In this document: one piece after another, positions 52,903 to 62,558 of the stretch
How positions within the stretch are numbered: the stretch's first letter is position 1
Layout: each line of letters begins with the position of its first letter
From: Parcubacteria group bacterium M6-OD1-1
GTDB taxonomy: Bacteria > Patescibacteriota > Minisyncoccia > GWC2-36-17 > M10-OD1-4
Reading direction: 5' to 3'
Length of the DNA: 64,000 bases
NCBI GenBank assembly: GCA_003056085.1
Contig: LSNK01000001.1
Span: forward strand, 88,729 to 152,728
The notes under the pieces: model-generated
Told to the model about the DNA's origin: nothing
Database searches by the model: none
The model's input: only the letters and a program-made list of their open reading frames with translations
Program-made: the position numbers and the translations under genes

Positions 52903-53487
52903 ATGGACGGCGATTTCTTTTTTACTTTATTTATAACCTCAGTGGTTATAAATTTGATTTTTATAATAAAAATGGCAATGATGCATAAAAAACTACACAC
53001 CAACCCTCTGACCGGACTGCCAAACAAAGAAGGCTTTGAACGAGCAAGAAAAAACAAAGAAGAAAACAAAGGATCCATACTTTATTTGGACCTGGATAAT
53101 TTCAAAAAAATCAATGACGAATACGGCCACTCTGTTGGAGATGAAGTCATCAAACTATTTGGCAATTTCTTAAAACGTCAAATAAGAAGCACCGACGAAC
53201 TCCGCAGACTTAACGGCAAAAAAAATAATATCGCGCATTTTCATGGAGACGAATTTGTTATATTTCTTGACGGAGCTTCATTTTCTGAAGCAAAAAAAGT
53301 CAAAAAAAAGATTATATCAAATTTAAAAAATGAAGAATTTCTCATTGAAGAAGCTGACGGAAATATTAGCATTAGTGTTAATACAACCATTGGCATTGCT
53401 CTTTTTGAAGAGTCTTACGAAAAGACCATACAGCAAGCAGACGTAAAAATGCTTGAAGCAAAAAAAGAAAAAGGCGTAACAAGATAA
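52903..53487 (+). CDS. Membrane-anchored GGDEF-domain protein (HGDEF variant)
   Basis: NPLTGLPN, DLDNFKKINDEYGHSVGD, FHGDEF. Confidence 0.9.
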   Translation: MDGDFFFTLFITSVVINLIFIIKMAMMHKKLHTNPLTGLPNKEGFERARKNKEENKGSILYLDLDNFKKINDEYGHSVGDEVIKLFGNFLKRQIRSTDELRRLNGKKNNIAHFHGDEFVIFLDGASFSEAKKVKKKIISNLKNEEFLIEEADGNISISVNTTIGIALFEESYEKTIQQADVKMLEAKKEKGVTR

Positions 53488-53591
53488 TTTTATCCCCCTT
53501 ATTAAATTTGATAAGAGGGATTTTTTCTTGCAAAAACTGCTTATTTTCTATATTCTTAGTTTAAATGTTAAATAAATAAAAAATTAAATTT

Positions 53592-54191
53592 ATGTTGGTT
53601 ATTGATATGGAGGCTACGGGGTTAGACGCCCGCAAAAATTCAATATTAAGCATTGGCGCAGTTGATTTTGATAATTCAAGAAGGCAATTTTATGAAGAAT
53701 GCCGAGTTTTTGAAGGCGCTGAGATTGACCCTGAGGCACTGGCGGTAAACGGATTTACAAGAGAAGAATGCCTTGATAAAAGAAAGAAAACACTAAGAGA
53801 AGTTATGATTCTTTTTAAAGAATGGATTGACGAATCTGAAGGAGACAAGATACTCGCCGGACAAAATGCCTACTATGATAGAGAAATTTTAAATGAATCT
53901 TTTAAAAGATCTGCCATAGATTTTCAATTTCATTTCAGAATAATAGAGATGCACTCTATAGCGTATTTTGATTTTATAAAGAAAGGTTTGACCCCGCCCC
54001 ACAAAGAAGAAATTTCCGCTTTAGGCTTGGACAAAATATTAAATTATGTCGGACTGCCGGATGAACCAAAACCTCACAACGCGCTGACAGGAGCAAAGGT
54101 GGAAGCTGAAGCGCTATCAAGAATATTTTATGGTAAAAATCTTTTGGAGGATTTTAAAGAATATAAAGTACCTGAAATATTTTTAAAATAA
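53592..54191 (+). CDS. DEDDh 3'-5' exonuclease
   Basis: VIDMEATG, LAGQN..YD, HNALTGA. Confidence 0.88.
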   Translation: MLVIDMEATGLDARKNSILSIGAVDFDNSRRQFYEECRVFEGAEIDPEALAVNGFTREECLDKRKKTLREVMILFKEWIDESEGDKILAGQNAYYDREILNESFKRSAIDFQFHFRIIEMHSIAYFDFIKKGLTPPHKEEISALGLDKILNYVGLPDEPKPHNALTGAKVEAEALSRIFYGKNLLEDFKEYKVPEIFLK

Positions 54192-54240
54192 AAAGATCCG
54201 GCATTATGCCAAGACCTTTTATTGAGTTTATTGCCTTTTA

Positions 54241-54444
54241 TTAATCAAATCCTTCCGGTAATTGCCGTTCAGAAATTGTCTCCCATATATTATTTTTCTT
54301 ATTAACAACAGGAACTATATTTATTTTGGGATTTTCCCATTCTCTTATAGACATCTTCAAAAGTCTATATCCTAAAAATATTAATGTTATTGATAGATAA
54401 CCACCCACCAAAAAAACAATAATTTTTAAGATTTCCAAGCTCAT
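54241..54444 (-). CDS. Small single-TM hypothetical protein
   Basis: AGGAG SD upstream; hydrophobic N-terminus. Confidence 0.55.
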   Translation of the reverse strand: MSLEILKIIVFLVGGYLSITLIFLGYRLLKMSIREWENPKINIVPVVNKKNNIWETISERQLPEGFD

Positions 54445-54524
54445 AGCATGTTCTCCTTGTTTTTAAACTTATTTAATAGAGTATAATACAAAAATACACA
54501 AGTCAATTATGCTAAAATTAATCT

Positions 54525-56648
54525 ATGAAATCAATTGATATTTGCGACCCGATAGAAAACCTAAGGGGTGTAAACTCAAAAATAACAAAGCAGTTGGAGC
54601 ATCTTGGTATAGAAACTGTCCGGGACTTGCTTTTGTATTTTCCAAGACGCTACGACGACTTTTCTGTCACTACCAAAATAAAAGACATTACGATAGGAGA
54701 AAAATATACTATATCAGGCACTGTGCTTTCTATTGAAAACAACAGAGCTTTCAGGTCCAGAATGGCGATAACAAGCGCGCAAATAAGCGACGGAGACAGA
54801 ACCATAAAAGCTATCTGGTACAATCAGCCGTTTTTAATAAGAAACATACACAAAGATCAAAAAATAAACATTTCCGGAAAAGTCGGATACCAGCAAAAAA
54901 GTTTAATTATGCAAAATCCGGCTTATGAAGTTTTGAATTTAAACTCAGAAACCACACATACGGGAAGACTCGTCCCGATATATAAAGAAACGCGAGGACT
55001 AACATCAAGATGGCTAAGATCTCTTGTTAAAAATGCGCTTACTTGTTCCGACCAAATAGAGGACATTTTGCCCGAAGACATAAAAAAGAAAAGAAGCTTA
55101 ATAAGCACTCAAAGCTCCGTAAAACAAATCCATTTTCCTAAAAACAGAAAGGAGCAGCAAGAAGCAAAAAGAAGGATATCTTTTGACGAACTTTTTTTGA
55201 TACAGCTTGTAATATTAAATTCCAAAAAACAACTTGAATCTGTCGGCGCACCGAAAATAATTCCCGACATCAAACTTACAAAAACAATATTAAGCTCTCT
55301 TCCTTTTAAACTTACGGACGCGCAAAAAAAAGCCTTGTGGCAGGTATTGAAGGATATGGAAAAAGGAGTTCCGATGAACAGACTCGTTGAGGGGGACGTT
55401 GGTTCAGGAAAAACTTTAGTTGCGCTTTTGTCTGCCGCAAGTACGGCAAAAAGCGGTTGGCAAACAGCTTTTATGGCGCCAACGGAAATTTTAGCTTCCC
55501 AGCATTTTACAGAAACTATAAAAGTCTTAACTGACGCCAACTTAAACATTGCGCTTTTAACAGCATCGGAAAGCACAGCGTACGAACCTGAACTTAAAGA
55601 AATATATTCTCCTAAAAAAAACGATCTTATTAAGATGATAAATAACGGGAAAATAGATATAGTCTTGGGAACGCATTCTCTAATACAGGATAAAGTAAAA
55701 TTTAAAAAACTCGGACTGGTGATATTGGACGAACAACACAGGTTTGGAGTTAAACAGCGCGCCACACTGCTCAAAGACCAAGATTTCACTCCTCATCTTT
55801 TAAGTATGACCGCAACTCCCATACCAAGGACACTTGCAATGACAGCATACGGCGACTTGGATATTTCTTTAATAGATCAAATGCCAAAAAATAGAAAAAA
55901 AGTGATTACAAAAACGGCTTCGGGGAAAGAAAGAAAAAAAGAATACGACTTCATAGAAAAAGAAGTTAAAAAAGGACGACAGGTTTTTGTTATTTGTCCG
56001 AAAATAGAAAATAAAAATCAAGATGACGTAGAGCTCACGGAAAGACAACTTAAATCTCTTAAAATAAAAGCGGTAAAAGAAGAATATGAAAAACTTTCTG
56101 AAAAAATATTCCCTCACCTTAAAGTTGCTATGCTTCACGGGAAAATGAAACCGAAAGAAAAAGACCAGATAATGAAAGATTTCAAAGATAAAAAATATGA
56201 TATATTAGTTTCAACATCAGTAATTGAGGTTGGGGTGGATGTTCAAAATGCAACTATTATGATGATAGAGGGTGCCGATAGGTTTGGGCTTTCTCAACTT
56301 CATCAATTTCGCGGCAGAGTTGGCAGAGGAGAACACCAGTCTTACTGCTTTTTATTTTCCGATTCAGAATCGGAAAATTCAAGAATAAGACTTAAAATAA
56401 TGGAAACATGTTCTGACGGATTTAAGCTGGCGGAATACGACTTAAAAATGCGAGGACCGGGAGATTTTTTAGGAAAAAATCAATCCGGTATTCCGGATGT
56501 TGCAATGGAAGCATTGATAAATCCATTTTTAATTTCAGAAGCGCAAGAAGAAGCAAAAAAAATAATAGAAAAAGACCCAACTCTCAAAAAACATCCAAAA
56601 ATTTTAAAAAGAATATCCAAAATGACGGAAGAAATACATTTTGAATAA
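54525..56648 (+). CDS. recG: ATP-dependent DNA helicase RecG
   Basis: GDVGSGKT, DEQHRFGV, MTATPIPRT, QLHQFRGRVGRG. Confidence 0.97.
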   Translation: MKSIDICDPIENLRGVNSKITKQLEHLGIETVRDLLLYFPRRYDDFSVTTKIKDITIGEKYTISGTVLSIENNRAFRSRMAITSAQISDGDRTIKAIWYNQPFLIRNIHKDQKINISGKVGYQQKSLIMQNPAYEVLNLNSETTHTGRLVPIYKETRGLTSRWLRSLVKNALTCSDQIEDILPEDIKKKRSLISTQSSVKQIHFPKNRKEQQEAKRRISFDELFLIQLVILNSKKQLESVGAPKIIPDIKLTKTILSSLPFKLTDAQKKALWQVLKDMEKGVPMNRLVEGDVGSGKTLVALLSAASTAKSGWQTAFMAPTEILASQHFTETIKVLTDANLNIALLTASESTAYEPELKEIYSPKKNDLIKMINNGKIDIVLGTHSLIQDKVKFKKLGLVILDEQHRFGVKQRATLLKDQDFTPHLLSMTATPIPRTLAMTAYGDLDISLIDQMPKNRKKVITKTASGKERKKEYDFIEKEVKKGRQVFVICPKIENKNQDDVELTERQLKSLKIKAVKEEYEKLSEKIFPHLKVAMLHGKMKPKEKDQIMKDFKDKKYDILVSTSVIEVGVDVQNATIMMIEGADRFGLSQLHQFRGRVGRGEHQSYCFLFSDSESENSRIRLKIMETCSDGFKLAEYDLKMRGPGDFLGKNQSGIPDVAMEALINPFLISEAQEEAKKIIEKDPTLKKHPKILKRISKMTEEIHFE

Positions 56649-56669
56649 AAAATATAACACTTAAAAATC

Positions 56670-56717
56670 AAAAAATAACAACCTTTTTGACGACCGTCAA
56701 AAAGGTTGTTATTTTTT
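56670..56717. terminator. Perfect palindrome with 23-bp arms and GACG-AC-CGTC apex between convergent genes
   Basis: AAAAAATAACAACCTTTTTGACG-AC-CGTCAAAAAGGTTGTTATTTTTT. Confidence 0.8.
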
Positions 56718-56783
56718 ATAAATTCCATTTGAGATACCAAACTTCAAAAATTGAGTGCAGGTTGCAGCTAAAATTTTGAAGTT

Positions 56784-58322
56784 TTATCTCCCTTTTGGAG
56801 TCACCCAAAAACCCATATACTTTCCGAGCATCAACCTTGTCTGCGCTTCAAGCCCTGGAAAAGATCCAAAAACAATTATAGTGACAAACAAAAGCGGCCA
56901 TTGAAGTATCATTATAAGATATTTAAATCTTCCGTATTCCGGCGGTTTTGGAGGAAGTATCATCATGGTTAAAATTACTGAAGTTATTATACCAAGCATA
57001 GCAAGCATCATTATGGACTTTGTTATTTCAGGCAAGTTATAAGCTAAAAGAAGTTGATTAAACGCCTCCCCGCCAAGATAAAGCGGCAACCACCCCAAAA
57101 GAAAAATTATAAGTGCGTTAGTAGCCCAAGAATGAAAACCCTCTATAATTGTCCAAGAATAATGCCACTTTTTTTTGAATGATATTTTTTTGTTTTTTAA
57201 AAAACCAAACAAAAAATACGGCACATTTTCCACTCCGTAACCCCAACGCCTTTGTTGTTTATATTGGTTTATCATCGTATGCCAAAACTTTGGAGCGACA
57301 TTTGCGTCCATAGAAACAGGATAATACATCGGCACAACAGAATAGTCCCCGTCATATCTTAAAAAGCATTGCCAAAATATTCTTGAATCCTCAGAGACCA
57401 TATTTACCTGCCAAAAATCAACGTCTACAAGAGCTTGAAACGGCATTGAGTGCGAAGAAAAAGTTGTCATTCTTTCCGGTCTTTCCTGCTGAAGAGTGTG
57501 CCAAAAAGTAGCGGAAAAAGATATAACTCTTGCGATGGCCGGCGCCTGCCAAATGTTGTTTATATAAAAAGGAACGGGTTGGTAACTCGCTCTTTGTGGG
57601 TTTTTTGTTGAAAGATAAACATACATAAGCCTTGAAAAATATTCTTTCCACAAAACAGTATCAATATCCAAAGCGGAAACGACTATTTTATCATACGGCA
57701 AGTTCTCCTTGTCTATTATTTCTTCTTTTACTTTTTTCCCCGCAAAAGCGATGTTTGACCCCTTGCCGGCTATTTCACCCTCAATGTTCCCGGGGTGTTT
57801 TGTTATTAAAAACCTGAAAAACTTATCGCCAAACTTTTTTTTGATTTCTTCCGCCAACTTTTCTGCACGCTCTCCCACCCTTTCTTCTATTGCAAACACA
57901 ATTATCATTTTATCTTTAGGATAATTTATATCTAAAATTGACTGCATAGTCGGCTCAACTATATCCATTCCTTCATCGTAAACCGGAAGCACTATCAAAT
58001 TATAAAAATCCTCCCATCCCTTTTTTTCCTTTCTTAATCTTTCCATCCAGTTTATTTTTATATTTTTTCTTGTTTCCTTAAATCCAACTTTAAGATGAAA
58101 AGATAAAAATATGGTTTTTAGCAGCCAGTAAACATCAAAGGCTATAATAAAAAATGCTATAAAAACCGGAGAAGACCAAGATAGAAAAACAACCAATATT
58201 AAGGTCGTCCACGATAAAAAACCTGGAAATATTTCAAAAATCCGATAAATCAGCCTTTCTTTTTTATCTTTAAGATCGTTTGCTTTTGAAAGCTTCAAAT
58301 AATACCTATCGCTGTCATTCAT
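56784..58322 (-). CDS. Membrane GT2 glycosyltransferase (processive-like)
   Basis: GKGSN, DID, SED, QQRRW motifs, N- and C-terminal TM helices. Confidence 0.88.
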   Translation of the reverse strand: MNDSDRYYLKLSKANDLKDKKERLIYRIFEIFPGFLSWTTLILVVFLSWSSPVFIAFFIIAFDVYWLLKTIFLSFHLKVGFKETRKNIKINWMERLRKEKKGWEDFYNLIVLPVYDEGMDIVEPTMQSILDINYPKDKMIIVFAIEERVGERAEKLAEEIKKKFGDKFFRFLITKHPGNIEGEIAGKGSNIAFAGKKVKEEIIDKENLPYDKIVVSALDIDTVLWKEYFSRLMYVYLSTKNPQRASYQPVPFYINNIWQAPAIARVISFSATFWHTLQQERPERMTTFSSHSMPFQALVDVDFWQVNMVSEDSRIFWQCFLRYDGDYSVVPMYYPVSMDANVAPKFWHTMINQYKQQRRWGYGVENVPYFLFGFLKNKKISFKKKWHYSWTIIEGFHSWATNALIIFLLGWLPLYLGGEAFNQLLLAYNLPEITKSIMMLAMLGIITSVILTMMILPPKPPEYGRFKYLIMILQWPLLFVTIIVFGSFPGLEAQTRLMLGKYMGFWVTPKGR

Positions 58323-58458
58323 ATTAATGGCCTGCTTATAATCTTCAATATTAAAAATATTTTACAAATTAAACATTAGAAATTCTAATGTTTAATTTTC
58401 GCAATGAGATCATAAGTAGGTTCTTATATCCTATATTAAAAATACAAAATAAAAAACA

Positions 58459-58487
58459 TTGACTTTTCACCAAAAATAGTTTATATT
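58459..58487 (+). promoter_or_regulatory. Putative sigma70 promoter
   Basis: TTGACT-N17-TATATT. Confidence 0.45.
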
Positions 58488-58499
58488 AAAATAAGTTTT

Positions 58500-59153
58500 T
58501 TGACAATGAGGATATTTGATATGCAAAACTGGCAATTTATTTGGCATAGGATACTTGTCGGACTTTCTTTGAGAAAAGAAATATATCCGGTAAGTAACGA
58601 AATTCTAACTTTTCCAAACAGCATTACCGCTTTTGGCTTTCTGTCTCTTTTTTTATATCAAGCAAATTATCTTTACGGTTTTTTGCATAACAATACCGGT
58701 TTTTTCCCTGGACACATTGCGCTAACACTTCTTGTTGTCGCAATAATAAGCGATGCTTTGGATGGATTTTTTGCAAGGACGCTCGGAGCCTGCTCTCATA
58801 TTGGAGAAATACTTGATCCCGCAAGAGACAGATACCTCGCTTTTGTAATACTGCTTCAAATGGCAACGGTAGAAAAAACCTCTTTTGTTATTTTTGTGGT
58901 GGGTTCAATCATTTTAATTGAAACCTCCACAGCTATTCAAAATTGGAAATACTCCATAGCAGTCAATGGAGTAGGTAAACTAAGGATGGGAATTCATATG
59001 TTTTGCAGTTTGATATTCGTCATCCAAACTTACCAAATTTGGACATCAATCAATATAATAAGCACCGAAACTCTTGTTGTGATAATGCTTTTGGCGACAG
59101 TAATGTCGTCATTCAAATATGTATCACTGGCATCCTTGCCAAACAGCAAGTAG
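58500..59153 (+). CDS. CDP-alcohol phosphatidyltransferase family protein
   Basis: PNSIT; DALDGFFAR...GEILDPARD signature. Confidence 0.88.
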   Translation: MTMRIFDMQNWQFIWHRILVGLSLRKEIYPVSNEILTFPNSITAFGFLSLFLYQANYLYGFLHNNTGFFPGHIALTLLVVAIISDALDGFFARTLGACSHIGEILDPARDRYLAFVILLQMATVEKTSFVIFVVGSIILIETSTAIQNWKYSIAVNGVGKLRMGIHMFCSLIFVIQTYQIWTSINIISTETLVVIMLLATVMSSFKYVSLASLPNSK

Positions 59154-59260
59154 AACATTGTTCCAAACAAAAAGACTCCCTTATCAACATCTGGGGAGTT
59201 TTTTCTTGTAAAAAACACTTAAAATGCTATTATTATAACAATATGAAATTAAAAACAAAA

Positions 59261-59382
59261 GGCATTTAAATTTTTGGATGTAATTTGCGGAAAAATCAAG
59301 GAGCAAAATGAGTCGTACTCAAAAGTACGACGAATGAGCACCTCAGATTTTAACAAAGAAGTACGTCAAAAATAAAATACCC
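59261..59382 (+). repeat. ~120-bp fold-back intergenic element, copy 7, flanked by 19-bp direct repeats
   Basis: Central GTCGTACT-CAAA-AGTACGAC-GAA; ATATGAAATTAAAAACAAA at 59241-59259 and 59386-59404. Confidence 0.7.
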
Positions 59383-59387
59383 ACGAT

Positions 59388-60140
59388 ATGAAATTAAAAA
59401 CAAATCTGCACTTTCACACAGCAGACGACCCAAATCACGAAATTGAATATTCTTTTTATCAAGCGATAGACAAAACATCGGCGCTTGGTTTTTCTGTTTT
59501 GGCTCTTACCTGCCACAACTACTTTGCTTGGTCAAAAAAATATGCGGAATATGCGGAAGAAAAAGGCGTTTTGTTAATCCCCGGGATTGAGATCGGCATA
59601 GACAGAGGAAAAGTTTCAAAAGAAGGAAGACATCTTATAATTTTGGGATGCGATAAAGATGTAGAAAAAATCCAAACATTTGACGATGTAAGAAAATACA
59701 AAAAAGAACATCCTGAAATTTTTATTCTTGCTCCCCACCCATTTTTTTACGGAAGCTTCAGTTTAAAAGATGCTCTTGAAAAAAATATTGATATAATAGA
59801 TGCCATAGAACAATCCTGGTTTTACTCAAAGTGGTTTAATAAAAACAAAGAAGCAGAAAAAATGGCGAAAAAATACAACCTGCCTTATATATCAACATCA
59901 GATACTCACTTTTTTAATTTTATAGACAGACATTACGCCACAATAACAACAAAAGAACAAACGCAAGAAGCAGTTTTTGAATCAATGAGAAAAAAACAAT
60001 TTAAAAACACAACAAGTCCTCAAAACTTCTTGCTTGATTTAATGATAATACAAGGAATATTCACCATCTCAGATAACATAAAACGATTTGCCAAAAAATT
60101 CTCTAAAAAACCTGCTGCCAATCTTGATTTTTCCGAATAA
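59388..60140 (+). CDS. PHP-domain metal-dependent phosphoesterase
   Basis: LHFHT, LTCHN, GIE, APHP, SDTH. Confidence 0.88.
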   Translation: MKLKTNLHFHTADDPNHEIEYSFYQAIDKTSALGFSVLALTCHNYFAWSKKYAEYAEEKGVLLIPGIEIGIDRGKVSKEGRHLIILGCDKDVEKIQTFDDVRKYKKEHPEIFILAPHPFFYGSFSLKDALEKNIDIIDAIEQSWFYSKWFNKNKEAEKMAKKYNLPYISTSDTHFFNFIDRHYATITTKEQTQEAVFESMRKKQFKNTTSPQNFLLDLMIIQGIFTISDNIKRFAKKFSKKPAANLDFSE

Positions 60141-60216
60141 ATAATGTAATATTCATCCAATGATAAATCCGACTACGGTCGGGTTTTGATATTAAAAGAC
60201 CAAAAAACTTAAAAAT

Positions 60217-60288
60217 GGCCTCATCGTCTAACGGTTAGGACACCAGCTTTTCAAGCTGGCGATCGGGGTTCGATTCCCCGTGGGGCTA
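60217..60288 (+). tRNA. tRNA-Glu(TTC)
   Basis: GGCCTCATCGTCTAACGGTTAGGAC..CCAGC TTTTCAA GCTGG..GGTTCGATTCC. Confidence 0.95.
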
Positions 60289-60459
60289 CAATTAAAACAA
60301 AAACCTCCTTACTCACGAAGGGGGTTTTTGTTTTGGTTCGTATTTTCTGAATAACTCAACGGGTTGAGGTATTCAATTTACTCCGTTATTCTCTATTAAG
60401 TGGTATAGCATACTATCCAAATTTTGGATATTGATTTTTTGGATAGACAATGATAGCAT

Positions 60460-60681
60460 ATGAACAAATCAATCCATACAAAAGAATACGCCAAATTTGT
60501 AGAAAAATTAAAGCAAGCTCGTATTGAAGCTGACTTTACACAAGTACAAGTTGCCAAAAAACTAAAACGTCCCCAATCACATGTTTCAAATATTGAAACA
60601 GGACAACAAAGAGTTGATGTCATTGAATTGAAAAGATTCGCAAAATTGTACAAAAAAAATATTAATTATTTTATTAAATAA
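60460..60681 (+). CDS. XRE-family HTH protein (controller-like)
   Basis: LKQARIEADFTQVQVAKKL..PQS.VSNIETGQQRVDVIEL. Confidence 0.9.
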   Translation: MNKSIHTKEYAKFVEKLKQARIEADFTQVQVAKKLKRPQSHVSNIETGQQRVDVIELKRFAKLYKKNINYFIK

Positions 60682-60683
60682 AT

Positions 60684-61283
60684 ATGGGATTTTTTAATTT
60701 TTCAAAATACAACAATGCAGAAAAAGAACTCCTAGATTTATATAGCACCGAGTTCGAAAACATAGGAATTCCAGAACCATCTAAAATGGCGGGAAATTTG
60801 TTAGATGAAGCAATCAAAGAATCTAAAAAAATTAATCTTCCCGTTAATGCTGGAGATTCACTTTTAGATAAAGAAAAAAATAATGAAAGCACCCACAATC
60901 TTTTAGAAAAAAAGAGACGGGAGGGTGTGCGTGATGAAGATATTAGATGGTGGTGGAATTCGAGCGACCTAGAACGAATGATGATGTTAAAAGTTGATGA
61001 GTTTCACCGATTAGCTTTACATATAAAATGTCGGGAAGATGGTTTGTCGGCTGAACAGTCAGCTAATCAAGTTAGAAAATTTCATCCTATTTATGGAAAC
61101 CCAGAAGAAACAACTCATACTGATGGGGATGATGGACCACTACCCGAAGAACTAAAAAATAGAATTAATATTTATATAGAAAGAAAACCACAAACAGACC
61201 CTGAAAAATATAAAGATGAAATTGAACAATCAACTACATTTAATGCTTTAATACGAAAAGAACTTAAAAAGAATAACCTTTAA
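60684..61283 (+). CDS. Hypothetical protein
   Basis: 199-aa ORF coupled to the HTH gene; EGVRDEDIRWWWN and HPIYG motifs. Confidence 0.75.
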   Translation: MGFFNFSKYNNAEKELLDLYSTEFENIGIPEPSKMAGNLLDEAIKESKKINLPVNAGDSLLDKEKNNESTHNLLEKKRREGVRDEDIRWWWNSSDLERMMMLKVDEFHRLALHIKCREDGLSAEQSANQVRKFHPIYGNPEETTHTDGDDGPLPEELKNRINIYIERKPQTDPEKYKDEIEQSTTFNALIRKELKKNNL

Positions 61284-61321
61284 AAAAATTATCTACGATA
61301 AAATTAAAATATGGAAATGAT

Positions 61322-61546
61322 ATGCATATAGAATATTATAAAAAATTTAGAATAAATATACATAAACCTGAGCCAAGAGATAATAATTGGTTAATAGAGT
61401 GGGATTTAATGATTTCTGTTAAAAATGGTTGGGATCCTTATTCTGATGATAAATTTATTGAAGAAATACCAAATTCATATCCAGAAGATAATTGTCTTAC
61501 TATTGTTTTAAATAGAGTTAAGAAATATATAGATAAAAATTTATAA
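61322..61546 (+). CDS. Hypothetical protein
   Basis: 74-aa ORF in the island operon. Confidence 0.55.
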   Translation: MHIEYYKKFRINIHKPEPRDNNWLIEWDLMISVKNGWDPYSDDKFIEEIPNSYPEDNCLTIVLNRVKKYIDKNL

Positions 61547-61549
61547 AAT

Positions 61550-61981
61550 ATGTATTTAAAATGTAACATATGCGGTAAAAATAGTGTATTTATTTTTCCA
61601 TGGCTTGCTGGGGATAATAATTGTAATAAATGCTCTAAACAGTTTGAGTATAGAAGAAAAAATGGCTTGTGTTTAATGTGTGGTAGTTCTGAGAAAGTAT
61701 TTTTCTCTGGAAAATGTGATAAGTGTCACAAGCTGCAACAACCTAACGAATTTAAGCCAGAAAAAAATATTGGAAAAGATGTGAAAGTGCTTAATAAGCT
61801 TAAAAATAAACCAGCTTCTCATTCACTTATTTTTTGGCTTATTGGATTTTTTGTAATTGTTATTTTCTACAAACCAATTTTCTTTATTATTCAATACCTT
61901 CTTTGGTTTTTTCTAGTAATTCTATCTGAATTAATATGTTTAATCTCCTTAGGAAATCTACTATGCAAATACACAATATAA
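61550..61981 (+). CDS. Cys-rich zinc-ribbon protein with C-terminal TM helices
   Basis: Four CxxC motifs followed by two hydrophobic segments. Confidence 0.65.
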   Translation: MYLKCNICGKNSVFIFPWLAGDNNCNKCSKQFEYRRKNGLCLMCGSSEKVFFSGKCDKCHKLQQPNEFKPEKNIGKDVKVLNKLKNKPASHSLIFWLIGFFVIVIFYKPIFFIIQYLLWFFLVILSELICLISLGNLLCKYTI

Positions 61982-62005
61982 CCAATATTAAATCACATAA
62001 AGAAT

Positions 62006-62539
62006 ATGATTTATCTTGTAGGTGTAGATCATAGAATTCAACATGATGGGATTGAATCAGCTAATCTAAATCAAAGAAAAAAATTTATTGATTATTTAGT
62101 TTCTACTTTTAAAGAGCTTAATATATCTATTGTAGCTGAAGAATTTAATGAAGACTCTCTTGAATATTCTTATGCAAAAAATAGCACAGCTAAACTTGCA
62201 GTACAAAAAAATGATATAAAACATATTTACTGTGATCCCAACATCAAAGAACGAAAAGAAATAAAAATTCCTTCTGAGGACAAAATATGTAAAGATTTAG
62301 GAATTAAATTCATTAGGAATAATAGTGAAGATGAGGCTCGGATTATACAAGAAAAAAGAAAATACTACATTATACGAGAAAATTTTTGGCTTGATAAATT
62401 ATCTGATTCTTTACATAAAGAAATATTAATTATCATCGGAACAGATCATATAAAAAGTTTTAAGAAATTACTTAATTCAAAAAATATTCCTTGCACCATT
62501 CTAAATAACAATTGGTGTTTTGAAAATTTGTTAACATAA
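62006..62539 (+). CDS. Hypothetical protein, possibly TraB/Tiki/EreA-like fold
   Basis: IYLVGVDH...IVAEE...RENFW...IIIGTDH pattern. Confidence 0.55.
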   Translation: MIYLVGVDHRIQHDGIESANLNQRKKFIDYLVSTFKELNISIVAEEFNEDSLEYSYAKNSTAKLAVQKNDIKHIYCDPNIKERKEIKIPSEDKICKDLGIKFIRNNSEDEARIIQEKRKYYIIRENFWLDKLSDSLHKEILIIIGTDHIKSFKKLLNSKNIPCTILNNNWCFENLLT

Positions 62540-62558
62540 CACAATAACTTGTGTTATG

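Noticed and set aside
59305-59336. Hammerhead-like TGA-stem-GAA in the fold-back elements
   Set aside because: The CUGANGA and GAAA core and stems I/III are not present in any copy.
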